DNA from: Macrostomum lignano
Lineage: Eukaryota
Assembly: GCA_002269645.1 (NCBI GenBank)
Contig: NIVC01000860.1
Span: 62,001 to 126,000 of the forward strand
Reading direction: 5' to 3'
Length of the DNA: 64,000 bases
The translations under genes were made by a program, and so were the position numbers. Position 1 is the stretch's first letter; every line of letters begins with the position of its first letter. The notes beneath the pieces are model-generated. The model was not told the DNA's origin. It worked only from the letters and a program-made list of their open reading frames with translations, and made no database searches. This document shows positions 49,683-61,343 of this stretch, piece by piece.

Positions 49683-50432
49683 GAGGTGACACTCCTGTCT
49701 AACAGGTGACACTCCTGTCTAACAGGTGACACTTCTGTCTAACAGGTGACACTCCTGTCTAACAGGTGACACTTCTGTCTAACAAGTGACACTCCTGTCT
49801 AACAAGTGACACTCCTGTCTAACAGGTGACACTCCTGTCTAACAGGTGACACTCCTGTCTAACAGGTGACACTCCTGTCTAACAGGTGACACTCCTGTCT
49901 AACAAGTGACACTCCTGTCTAACAGGTGACACTCCTGTCTAACAAGTGACACTCCTGTCTAACAGGTGACACCCTGTCTAACAGGTGACACTCCTGTCTA
50001 ACAAGTGACACTCCTGTCTAACAGGTGACACTCCTGTCTAACAAGTGACACTCCTGTCTAACAGGTGACACTCCTGTCTAACAGGTGACACTCCTGTCTA
50101 ACAAGTGACACTCCTGTCTAACAAGTGACACTCCTGTCTAACAGGTGACACTCCTGTCTAACAAGTGACACTCCTGTCTAACAGGTGACACTTCTGTCTA
50201 ACAGGTGACACTCCTGTCTAACAAGTGACACTCCTGTCTAACAGGTGACACCCTGTCTAACAGGTGACACTCCTGTCTAACAGGTGACACTCCTGTCTAA
50301 CAGGTGACACTCCTGTCTAACAAGTGACACTCCTGTCTAACAGGTGACACTCCTGTCTAACAAGTGACACTCCTGTCTAACAGGTGACACTCCTGTCTAA
50401 CAGGTGACACTCCTGTCTAACAGGTGACACTC
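49683..50432. repeat. 20-bp minisatellite (ACAGGTGACACTCCTGTCTA)n
   Basis: About 37 copies; each unit has an ACAGG/CCTGT self-complementary stem. Confidence 0.97.
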
Positions 50433-52789
50433 TTATCCAATACAGACACTCCGATCAGGATGGCACTAATATCTAACAGGTTCCACCTTTGTCCATTAGG
50501 TGACAACAACTCTTACAGTCGCTCTCACTTACGCAGTAGAATCCGTGGTGACGCTGCAGTCGTCATAGCAGTCGTCGGTCTCATTCCAACCGTGTATATC
50601 CTCACAGTGGTAGGTTCTCGTCGTCACTGCGCTTAATTGCCGGGTAACCCGGTGCATAGCAACCGCCTTGACAACCCGCTTGCCAGGCTTCAAACAGAAT
50701 GGGGCCCGATATTTAAACGTGACCTCGCGTCCATTGACTTTTCGCTGTTCCGGATTGGGTCGAGTTCCGTCCGTAGTAAAGAAGATGTGGCAGTTTGAGG
50801 AGTCTGCGCGAAAGCAATATTGCTGAGTATTTAATGTTATTTTTTAACGCAAGTTTCTAAATAAGCCGTTCAATTTCAAAATCAAATGAGACCCACCGCA
50901 CGCCATCTCAATATACGTAGCTGAATCAATGCAGTGAGCTGGTTTTCCAGACACTGGGCCTTTCAGTGCAGTTAGCACTGGTGCAGCAATACCACCTGCA
51001 GGCGGCATCTGAAAATTATGAAATGATTCATACTAGTTTTAAAGTAATTTCGCAAACTAGTTGAGTTTCAAAAAACTAATCAAAAATAATTTTGGATAAA
51101 GTAACACACATTTTTGTATGTCTCTCAGATCTTAGACAAAATTACTTAGACAGACGAAAAGGTTTTTAATTTTTTTATTATAAATCAATTAAATTCAGTT
51201 AACAACTTTGAATTGTAATTTTAACTTTACAGTTATAAAAGTTGATTTACAAAAGAGTCTAAACATCATTCAACATAAGATGTATATAGTATGCATATGC
51301 ATCATTTTCAACAAAAAGTTTCCAAACTTTACTAAAAAGTAGCCAATTATATTTAAAAACTATTCAAATACATGACCAGTATTCATTGTTATAGATACTT
51401 GACCATTATAATGTTAATATATATATGATATGACTTTTCATAAAGAAAACAAATAAAAATTATATTTTTCAGATGAAATCTGTAAATAACAATCCCAATG
51501 CATGTCTTATTTGTCTACTAGACCACACTATTATTGATAAGGAACAAAATAGAATTAATTAGCTAGCTAATCGATTTTTAATACATCATTAGTAAATAAA
51601 TCATTATGATATGGCATGTTGTTTGGCAGCGATGAGCGAAGCGAGTTAGCTGGCTTAATTCTGATATTAAATCAATGCATCCATAACGCTTCCTTGTAGG
51701 TCCTACTTGTACATATTTTTCACAAAAAGCGAGCTGTTGTCGCTGGGCAAACATTTTGATATTTTTAGTTAAGTTGCCATGTTATGGAGTGTTAGTCATA
51801 TAGTAACTTAAAGGGCATTTGCTTTTAAACGTGTTTATAATGCTTTGTCCAACTGTTATAGATAGGTCTCTCGTTTCTACAAAAATATATATGTTATTAA
51901 AGCAATCTTGAACTAAGCGCTACATAAACGGTGTTGAATGTTACTATGATACAGTTAAGTAACAGTAATTTACTTTTTGTATGCTTTTAAAGAATAATAC
52001 TAGTTAGAAAGAAATACGATGCAAATATTTAACGCTGCCTTAATAATAATAATAATAAAGTTTAATAAAATGTTTCGTTATAGTTTTCCTACGTAATAAG
52101 CTTAAAACTGTAAAATATCGAATAAAAAAGAGGAGAATATAGTTGCTGTTTGTGTCTTTAACTTATTGACACAATAAGATAAAGAAGTGTACAATAAGTT
52201 ACACAAGTTACAGAAGTTACACAATAAGTGTTTTCTATTTAAAGAAAGCACTAAAAATTGCAAAACAAAGACTTCAATTTCATAATGTTTGTAATTTTCA
52301 CAACCACGGCCTGGCATGTTAAAAACCGATCATCCAATTCTTAGGATGCGACGGCTCCGACTGGGTTTTGGAACCATGGGTCGAGCGTGACTTTTCTCGC
52401 CTGTATTTATAGTCCCAGGGACTTAAGTAGTCCTTGCGTGGTACAACAGGATGTAAAACTTAATTATCGTGTATTAGGCCAATCCTGAAAAAATGCACTG
52501 CGGAAATAGAAAATATTCTTTTTTCTTCTGATATAGAAAGGATATTATCTCTTCATCACAAATTTAGTGATTACATTAAATTGCGACCCCGCCGCGCTAA
52601 GGGTCATAAAACTCGGTAACAATTGTGAATGTACATTCGACACTGCATGTACATTGGCAAGGAGAGGCCTAAATGGTTGAACTTAACAATTAGATAATAA
52701 AACGGAGCGCCCATTAGAAGCATTAACAAAACGTTTTCTGAATATAAGACCCACTTCCAAATCGAATTTTTCATCAAAAAAGTTATCAA

Positions 52790-53205
<416 letters not shown>

Positions 53206-54469
53206 CGCAAAATTAGTATATATATTTGATATGGGGCAGGGAAGCTTTCTATTCTTTTAATTTAGCATCCACAACATATGTTACCATGTGATATTTTATA
53301 TGGCTATGAAAGATTTATCTCCATATTACGAGCTACATGTATATCCTTTTATATTTTCATAAACCCCATAGTTGAAAATACTCAACAAGTGGCAACACAT
53401 GGTAGCTGAACTTTTGTTTTCTTCCTTCTTGAAGCAAGTATATTTGTAATAAAAATGTTGCATGCAGGTACCCTTAAGCCATTTGTAGGCACAATTCCTC
53501 TTCAATACCATATCGACATACATACTGTACGGCCACATAATTAGTGCCATACAGCTAGACTACGCAGCTATCCACAACAGAGTAACATACATGTATGCTA
53601 TGAATTCAAAGAATGGTAATATTCACACTGCCCTGATTCACCTCGTTTTCACTGTCCAATAATTTAATCAAGCGAATTCCCGCCGATTGCAAGCTTTTTC
53701 CTGCCGAGGTTTGCCCGAGGGTGGCGGGCGGGGCAATGCAGACGAAATCTATGCTCTGTGCGTAGAAGTCACAATAAACTTACATGTATTTACCGTGACT
53801 TAGTTTGTTAAAAACCAGTCTGATAAGTCTATTTCGAGTGCTGAAGTAGGCGGTACCCTTCCTATAATATGTTCCCTACAACCAGCATTAGATGTTAACA
53901 TTTTAGATTGCAGGATCGCTAGATCTCGCTCACTTATCATCGACAGCCATGAAGGAGCTGGAAACTTGCGGGAGGCACTTGGCTATCTGCGGTGTTGCAA
54001 AACAGTAAAAAATAAAGCAACAAACACGTATAGCGGACTAATTGGAGCCTCCTCTGCTAGGTTGCGCATGGCTATTCGTACAGATTGTGTACAGCTCTTG
54101 CACATCTGCGTTTCTGCACTCAAACGGGCTTTTGTTAAGGCTAACTCATGACAATGTTCTCTCAAATAGTAAACCTCGTGTACAGGCCTGTCTCTGTTCT
54201 ATATTTCTGTGCCTTCGTTAAATCTCCGTTTCTGTTTTCTCATTACTGTTGTACCGTCTCTATCGGCGCAAGCACGAGCATTATAAATCATGCAGCTTAT
54301 ACGCAAGTATCTGATAAAACGAGAAGTCGGGCTTATAGTCAGCAGCCGAGCAACTCTGCGAACGAAAGCTGGATAGAAATGGCCGCATGTAATCGACAGA
54401 GCAGCCACGAAAGTGACCAGGTAATTAGCTACAACCACCTCTTTTCTGACTGACTCGGCACATCCTTGC

Positions 54470-54893
54470 TAGCTGTACCAAATGCGGTCCGCAAAGCCTC
54501 TCTATCCGGCCCTCGGGTCCTTTGTAACTTTACAATTAGCAATCCGGTCTGCTTAGGGTTTGTGTCTGTTGTCAGCTTCCTTCTCTCTAATATCCTTTAT
54601 CTTTTCTTTTCTCACCTTTTATCCTTCTCTCCTCTCATTTCTCTTATCTCCTCATTCCCCCTCCTCTCCTTCTCCTCTCCTCTTTTCCTTCCTCTCCTTT
54701 CTCCTCTCCATTCTCTCCTCGCTCCTCTAATCTTCCCCTCTCTTCTCCTAAATTCCCTCACCCCTCCTTTCTTCTCTCTGTCTTCTCTCTTTTCTATTCC
54801 CTCTCCTCTCTCCACTCCTTTGGCTTGCAGTCATACGCTATGCACGCGGCTCTCTATCTGGTCTTTGAGGTAAACTAAGTTTGGCGACCCCTA
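54470..54893 (+). mobile_element. hAT-like MITE, copy C, with pyrimidine tract
   Basis: TGCGGTCCGCAAAGCCTCTCTATCCGGCCCTC...AGCAATCCGG matches copies A and B; right end TTGGCGACCCCTA. Confidence 0.6.
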
Positions 54894-54970
54894 CAGCAGA
54901 AAGTTTCTTAAATGTCCAAGCGTTCAACATGAAGACAGAAAGAAGCGTCAATCTGGATAGGTTTGAACTA

Positions 54971-55516
54971 TAGAATAGAATAGAAAAGACGCATAGGGTT
55001 ACAGACTCCTAGCGCGCACGCGTTCGCAAAACAGTTCAGAGGGGCAGAGAGCAGTGTTACTCGGGGTCAGGTCAAGGTCTCTGAGGTCGTCAGTCAGAGC
55101 CTGGATCAGCATGGCAGCACGGCCTTGGCCGCCTCGAAGCCGTTCTCACGGTGGGTGAAGCAACGCCATCGCGAGAGGGTTCACTTCACCGCGACCGTGC
55201 CGTCGCAGAACGTGGCCGGCGAGGGTTTGTCGCCGCCACCGCAGGACAACGCTGAGAGTCGGAAGGTCTTGGCGCCGGTCGAGATCGCGGTTCGAGATGG
55301 TCTCGTGGAATCGGATGCCTAGTGTGTAGCGGAGAAGCGCCCGGTAGATGCCGTTTAGCGCGTTTTCTCGGGTGGTGGTCACCGGTACGGCTTCCAGTCC
55401 GTAGAGCAGGATCGGTTCGACTGTGGCGCGGAAAAGCTTGATCTTGAGGGCGTCAGGCGCTGCGGAGTAGAACATAGGGCTGATCTTGACTGCAGCACGC
55501 CAGGATTGTGCTTTCG
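54971..55516 (-). mobile_element. 5'-truncated non-LTR retrotransposon with 13-bp target-site duplication
   Basis: TSD TAGGTTTGAACTA at 54958-54970 and 55517-55529; RT C-terminus KIKLFRATVEPILLYGLE...RRQTLAGHVLR; (TTCTA)n tail. Confidence 0.9.
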
Positions 55517-55643
55517 TAGGTTTGAACTAATCGAACAACTAGGAAATATGGGAATATGGATGAAAGCAGTCTGTACAGAACTTTATCCATGTGTCCTACA
55601 CTCGCATTTAGAATAGACGATTTTTATTCAATACGCTTCGCAG

Positions 55644-57392
55644 GAAACCGCTAGTCTGCTGGACCCCGCGAGTTCGGAGTCAGCTGATGGCCAGCCAATC
55701 GAGGCCAGTCCCATTTGCAAGCTAAAATGCCTCGTCCTTGGTCTGGTTATCGTTGCCATCGGGGTCGTTGCCTCGCTGAACAAAGGCGCCGCGACCTACC
55801 AGGAGAAGCACGAGATCCCGCTCAACAAAAGTAACTGGCCATGGCACCAGAGAGACAACCCAAACTTGTGGGTCTGCTGGGTTATTAAGTGCATTCAATT
55901 GTTGACGGGCATTGCCTCAATGGTCTTCCTGAACAAAAGAGTAATGCAAGAAGGCAGAATTACCAATGCTATTTATCAAAACCCGGCTCTACCGCAGTTA
56001 CGATATTTGCTGGGAAATTTGCGTCGATTTCAAGAACTGCCAGAGAACTTTTCCAACTATCCAACCAAAATGTTTATTTCAATATTCATCATATTTGCCA
56101 TCCTTGGCATAGTCTGTGCCATTGCTGAGACAATTAGCGACCTCATCGAGGCAATTGATCCTAATGTATACGAGATGCTGCCGTACGCGGATGTACTGCG
56201 CTGTGTCCTGCTGTTTGCATTCATACTACTGCAGGCTTGGTTCTTTACTAAAAACAATCGGATGTGTCTGAATTGGAAGCTGGACGGAGCCTGGGTAGCC
56301 ATGACAATTATACTGGCTACCAATGTGTCATTGTGGTTCTTCTACATCTCCTATGAAATTTCCAAGATAGCCGGGGAAAACCACACTTGCCATACCAATG
56401 AAACAACGAGGAAGAAACTTCACGAGAGCTTTGATATGATAGTCGAGATCATGTTCCCGTTTCTGATTGAATTCTTTCTCATGGGAGCCATACTGGCAGC
56501 CAGTTTCTTGTCTAACATTGGGCGGCTGAGCTGTATTTTAAAACAGCTGCAGCAGAGTGTCCCCTATCTGACTAACGACGCTATTCGGGACAAGCTGTTC
56601 AGCTCGTCGGCTGCTCAACGAAGTCTAAGAAATTTCAAATACCATCTTCGTAAACACCTGCGCAGCCTGCTCTTAGGCATCGCGTTGGCCGGTTCAGCTA
56701 TCCTCATCTCCTTGATGATGAAACTGTTTACATGCGAAAGAGAACCGTGGCACCTCCTGACACTCTACATTCTGGCCGTACTATTCGTGGCCGGATCGGT
56801 ATGCTGCGTTGTGCTGCTGCGAGCCTTCAGGGCAGCTGGAGAAGCTACGGTTGAGACGAAGGCTCGAACTGCGGCAGACAGGCTGATGCTCTGGTTCTGT
56901 GTTGTGGCCGTAGTAGTAAATGACCTGAACCGGTTATGGGGCTTGTTTCAGAGTGACAAGCCACTCTACAATGCTATTGGCACCGGTTTGGTTATTGTGT
57001 TTGACATCGTACAGAGCGTGCTGCAAGTTTACGTGCTCGAGTGCATCCTGCTGAGGCGGATTAAGTCCACGAACGTGCAGGTTGGCGGCAGTCACAGTTG
57101 GGGCGCTCGCTTACTCACCGTTCTCATGGTGATCAATGCGCTTGAGTGGCTGGTCAGCGCCGTAGCCTTCAGTCTGTTTTTCTTCACCAGCAACAGCCAA
57201 AGAAGTGCAGCCACCATGGCTCTGGTAGTGATTAGCGCACCTCTGCAGGTGTTCTTCCGGTTTCATTCGGTTGGCTGCATCCATGAATTTCGGAAGCACT
57301 GTCGCGAGGTCAACGAGCCGAGAAGGCCAGTACCGCCCAGCATCCCGATCGACTTCCCGAGCATAACACCTCGGTATGGAGCTGTGGTATGA
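55644..57392 (+). CDS. Otopetrin-family proton channel (one large exon, open 55644-57392; start not resolved)
   Basis: Many hydrophobic helices; ATNVSLW, FPFLIEFFL and C-terminal PLQVFFRFHS match otopetrin motifs (ATNL..W, YP..IEY, FYR.HS). Frame is open from the CAG acceptor at 55641-55643, with no in-frame ATG back to the TAG at 55614. Confidence 0.8.
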   Translation, partial: ETASLLDPASSESADGQPIEASPICKLKCLVLGLVIVAIGVVASLNKGAATYQEKHEIPLNKSNWPWHQRDNPNLWVCWVIKCIQLLTGIASMVFLNKRVMQEGRITNAIYQNPALPQLRYLLGNLRRFQELPENFSNYPTKMFISIFIIFAILGIVCAIAETISDLIEAIDPNVYEMLPYADVLRCVLLFAFILLQAWFFTKNNRMCLNWKLDGAWVAMTIILATNVSLWFFYISYEISKIAGENHTCHTNETTRKKLHESFDMIVEIMFPFLIEFFLMGAILAASFLSNIGRLSCILKQLQQSVPYLTNDAIRDKLFSSSAAQRSLRNFKYHLRKHLRSLLLGIALAGSAILISLMMKLFTCEREPWHLLTLYILAVLFVAGSVCCVVLLRAFRAAGEATVETKARTAADRLMLWFCVVAVVVNDLNRLWGLFQSDKPLYNAIGTGLVIVFDIVQSVLQVYVLECILLRRIKSTNVQVGGSHSWGARLLTVLMVINALEWLVSAVAFSLFFFTSNSQRSAATMALVVISAPLQVFFRFHSVGCIHEFRKHCREVNEPRRPVPPSIPIDFPSITPRYGAVV

Positions 57393-57734
57393 TCTGCCGT
57401 AACTCGACGCAATTCTGTCACATTATGCACAACTTTCTGCGGTTTCGATATTATCCCGGAGACAACCTTTTAACTAAACTAAACGTCCTGTAAATGTGTT
57501 TATCGGATAACTGTTTGGATTTTTAATTTTTTTGCTACGATTTTTCCAGAAAGTTGAACATCTTATTTATTACGCTGACTAAGTAGGAAGTGGTTATTCG
57601 ACCATCTATTCAGTTCATCAAGCCTTGCCTCTGTTTATCGGTTTTTCTCTTTTACTGTATAGTTCAGCAGGGTTTGGTTCTGATTATCTCTCTCCCACGC
57701 TGGCGCCAGCACGAGTATAAGGAGCTCCAATTTT

Positions 57735-57870
57735 TAAGCTAAGGGGCGCAAAGAATGCGTGTAGGGGGCGAAAAGTCAAGCTTAAGGGCGCAAAGATTGC
57801 GTGTAGGGGGCGAAAAGTCAAGCTTAAGGGCGCAAAGATTGCGTGTAGGGGGCGAAAAGTCAAGCGAAAA
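57735..57870. repeat. 42-bp tandem repeat, 3 copies
   Basis: TAAGGGCGCAAAGATTGCGTGTAGGGGGCGAAAAGTCAAGCT repeated. Confidence 0.85.
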
Positions 57871-58379
57871 GTGTAGCGGGCAATTCTCGGTAAGCAAATC
57901 TGGACGGGCAATTAGTCTGCGGGCATTTCTCATGGACCCGAGTAGGTGTCAGTGTCAGAATCGAGGTTAAATTTACATACAGTCAACAACAATTGGGAGT
58001 GTTGGTTTCGAAAAAGTTCAGTTTTAACAACAAAAGACCGGCTACACTGCAGTGTAAAACCTGAATTCCGTTCAGTCCCAGTTTAACAACAGTAGTAGTA
58101 GGGCGAATCATGATACTGCCGCATATGCACTGGCGAGATAGGCGGCAAAAAGGATAGGAAAAATACACTGCGGAGAGGGATCCTATCTCTATGCAATGGG
58201 CCCTTGGGGGACGGCTAAACAATGCGTTTTTGGCTTGTATTCAGGGCCCTAGCCGGGGGGGGGGCAAGACGGGCCGCGGCCCCCCCCCCAATCGGCTGAC
58301 AAAACTTTGCGGCGCCCCCTCCCATCAGCGGGTCTTGGTCGTCAGTAGAAGGCATGAGGGGGCTTCTGGGACAAAATTT

Positions 58380-58690
58380 TTCACGTCCTCCATAATCCAC
58401 CTAAATCCATCCATATTATCCCCGACAGAATCAGAAAAAAGGGGGGTCGCACTCGCTCACAAAACCTCCTCCATAATCCACCTAAATCCATCCATATTAT
58501 CCCTGACAGAATCAGAAAAAAGGGGGGGGGTCGCACTCGCTCACAAAACGTCCTCCATAATCCCATTAAATACATCCATATTATCCCTGACAGAATCTTG
58601 AAAAAGGGGAGGGGTCGCACTTGCTCTGAAAACTTCGAACATAATCCTATTAAATCCATCCATATTATCCCCGACAGAATCAGAGCATAA
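58380..58690. repeat. ~82-84-bp subterminal tandem repeat, 4 copies
   Basis: TCCTCCATAATCCACCTAAATCCATCCATATTATCCC.GACAGAATCAGAAAAAAGGGGGG.TCGCACTCGCTCACAAAAC recurring at about 58386, 58467, 58551 and 58635. Confidence 0.9.
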
Positions 58691-58893
58691 AAAGTGTCCA
58701 CTGACACCTGTTATGCTCACTGACACTGACATAAATCCACTGACATTTACCCATAGCATCTTCGAAACAATCAGAAAATAATCTGCATTCTTCTCCCCAC
58801 ATTCAATCCGCAACGTGCTACCAGATCCCTAAGACTTTAAATAATCAGCGCAGGGTCCTCACCCTTTGAAAAAAATTAAATTCTCAATAAAAA

Positions 58894-59133
58894 ATGTTTC
58901 CAGTTGTCTCTCCAGGTTCTTATTATACTCAGCCTAATCCATTGTACAAATCCAAGTACCAATGCAAACTTGAATGCAGCGAATACATGAGAAAATATTG
59001 GCCCAGCGTTGATATCAATGTCCCTAATATTAATCTAGCTCTCCAAAGACACTGGTTTCATAAGTATGGAGTAACCTACGTAAAAGATTACGACAGCTAC
59101 TATAACTTTGCAGAAATCATTAGGCAATTGTAA
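58894..59133 (+). CDS. Hypothetical viral protein (79 aa, Tyr-rich)
   Basis: AATAAAAAATG start like the neighbouring viral ORFs; convergent with the penton, 8 bp apart. Confidence 0.6.
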   Translation: MFPVVSPGSYYTQPNPLYKSKYQCKLECSEYMRKYWPSVDINVPNINLALQRHWFHKYGVTYVKDYDSYYNFAEIIRQL

Positions 59134-59141
59134 TTCTTTTC

Positions 59142-60004
59142 TCACATTCTCTCAATGATCAACGTCAATACAAACTCTTCACCGTTGAAATCAACGCCCA
59201 TCCCATCTTCAGTCTCAAACTGTAGCACAATCTCGTGAATCTCCTTATTACTCAATACAACTCTTTTCACTGGATTTGGTTTCTCTACCACCATCTGTCC
59301 TCCAGCAACAGAGTTGGAGATGTTGTACAAAATATTCGTTCGCTTTCCCTTAAATACCCAATCAAGACTGAGATTGCTTCTGATTAGAATATTCAAACCC
59401 TTTACAATGTCTGCAATATTGGGTGCTAAGAACAAACCGCTTACACTTTCCCGGACCATTCTAACAGTCCCCGATGCTTGAGTGGCGGTCTGCGCCGCGG
59501 ATTCTGCCTTATAAACTTTCTTCTCGAATCCTAGTTCCCTATACCAAGTGTCATCTTTAAACTCAACCTCCGCATTTTGTGAACTTGCATGACCACTCTC
59601 ATTACAGTGAGATCATAGGTTAGTTTGACAGGGAACAGTTTCTTCTCTGGCTTACTCGCATCAGGTGTCTCAAAATGGCCTCTCTTAGTAAAGACATTTT
59701 CTAGAAAGTTATTGTAGGTATCCACACTTTGCGTGCTCACATGGAATACCACAGGGTCTGCTGCTGCACCTTTCCATTTGTAATAAAACTTATTATTTGC
59801 TGCCATCACATTAGGAACGTTTGACCAACCGGTGAAGTCGTTAAGATAGACATGGTAATTAGCACCTGGATCCAAGCGAATCGCCTGCTCTAATTTTTCA
59901 ACTAATATCCCGTTTGAGTCATTAATTCGCCCAGTTATTGTAATAGGAATGCTCTCCTTAGAGTGAGAAACAATATTATTTAGTCTTTCAGCAATCGCTT
60001 CCAT
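59142..60004 (-). CDS. Minor capsid (penton-like) protein, about 287 aa, split by a 1-nt deletion
   Basis: ORFs 59531-60004 and 59142-59459 join if one A is added to the run at 59575-59578 (HKNAEVEFKDDTWYRELGFEKK). C-terminus EIHEIVLQFETEDGMGVDFNGEEFVLTLII resembles the Polinton penton pattern; sits directly downstream of the MCP. Confidence 0.78.
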
Positions 60005-60026
60005 TTTTTTTCACAAAAAAAAATAT

Positions 60027-61313
60027 TTAAACTTTACTGGATGAATTGTTGATCATGTTAAGCTTCACCTTCCTCTCAAATGCATAGATAATGTACAGGT
60101 CCACGGGTGTTGCGGTAGTCCTTTCAATGTTAGTCACGATATTCACAGGGCTGTTATCAGTAGGCATTTGTCTGGCAGACACATCAGCGCCAAACATCGG
60201 ATATAGAGTTCCATATTGAAGAGCAGTGATAGCAATTCCATTGTTCTCTTTCACAGCCAAGTCGACCAACTCGCTGTAAAATTTGCTAATCTTGTTCTGA
60301 CTGAAATCTCCATTTTGTGGCAGTGCAGGGTAAAGATTATCACTGATTTCATGCTGAATGGACCGCACGTCTCCATGCATGTAGCGTATGATGCTATTTG
60401 GGTTTCTCATATTAATAATGATATACCTTGGATTGCTGCATGATCCCTCTTTAATGCAGATATTTGTTCTAGTTTCGTTTCGCTCATCTCGACACATGTA
60501 GGCTGTGTATGCAACATCAATGTCCTTCTCTATTGCCTTAAGATAATCCGCTTTTAGTGCAGTCTTTGGCTCAATGACTTCCAAATACAGCTCGATTCCG
60601 GTTAGCTTCACCTCCATCCTTGTGTGGTCCGCCCCAGTCCACAACACTCTACTGCGATCATCTCTAGTCATCCTAAATGTGTAGCTAAAGTTACTAGTCA
60701 TTCGATTAAATGTATTACAGAATCCACTCATGAATCTCAATGGTACAAATACATCAACAGACCGATACTGCGGGTTCTTAGCAGCATCATCTGCACCTTG
60801 CAATGCATAGTTGTATCTCTTCTTCCTCTTTTTATAGCCACTGTCATTGATATCTCCTTCTTTTTCATCTGCAATAAAACCCGCACCACTTCCCAATTGA
60901 ATAAAATCAGGATTCTCGATCAAACAATGAGCGTCATAGACAATTCCAAAGTTGGCGATTCGCTCCAACTCAGTGCTCCCATTCGATACACTAAACTCCT
61001 TGAACATGTACGCCCAAAAGTTACTGATCAGAGCCACATCCGCATCATGCTTGTCAACGTTAGCACGAGCCGCATCCGCACCACCTTTTGTCTTGAATTG
61101 AAATGTCATATGGAAGCCGCTCTTAAGACTGTGCACACTAACCAGAGACGAACATCCATTGTATGTAAATGTCAGTGTTTGACCTGGACCCAAATTAGTT
61201 TCATTCTGGTTCTCGTGACTCGGAACTCTAACTTGTGTCGCTTTGATTGTGCTATCATCACTCAAAATAGGCTTGTTAATTTTGTAGAAAACTGGTGTCA
61301 GTGGGTCGTTCAT
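60027..61313 (-). CDS. Major capsid protein (double jelly-roll, Polinton/adintovirus hexon-like), 428 aa
   Basis: Intact ORF of typical size with beta-strand-rich alternation; motifs FVPLRFMSGF, KLTGIELYL, PRYIII, LYP...DF...FYSEL, YPMFGADVS recalled from Polinton MCPs; adjacent to penton and ATPase. Confidence 0.8.
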   Translation of the reverse strand: MNDPLTPVFYKINKPILSDDSTIKATQVRVPSHENQNETNLGPGQTLTFTYNGCSSLVSVHSLKSGFHMTFQFKTKGGADAARANVDKHDADVALISNFWAYMFKEFSVSNGSTELERIANFGIVYDAHCLIENPDFIQLGSGAGFIADEKEGDINDSGYKKRKKRYNYALQGADDAAKNPQYRSVDVFVPLRFMSGFCNTFNRMTSNFSYTFRMTRDDRSRVLWTGADHTRMEVKLTGIELYLEVIEPKTALKADYLKAIEKDIDVAYTAYMCRDERNETRTNICIKEGSCSNPRYIIINMRNPNSIIRYMHGDVRSIQHEISDNLYPALPQNGDFSQNKISKFYSELVDLAVKENNGIAITALQYGTLYPMFGADVSARQMPTDNSPVNIVTNIERTTATPVDLYIIYAFERKVKLNMINNSSSKV

Positions 61314-61343
61314 TTTTTAACTAAAAATAAAATAAAATAAGAA

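Noticed and set aside
59553-59565. Programmed -1 frameshift in the penton gene (in-phase TTTAAAG)
   Set aside because: It arises from ordinary Phe-Lys codons, no downstream structure was seen, and a one-base loss in the nearby A run restores a normal single ORF.
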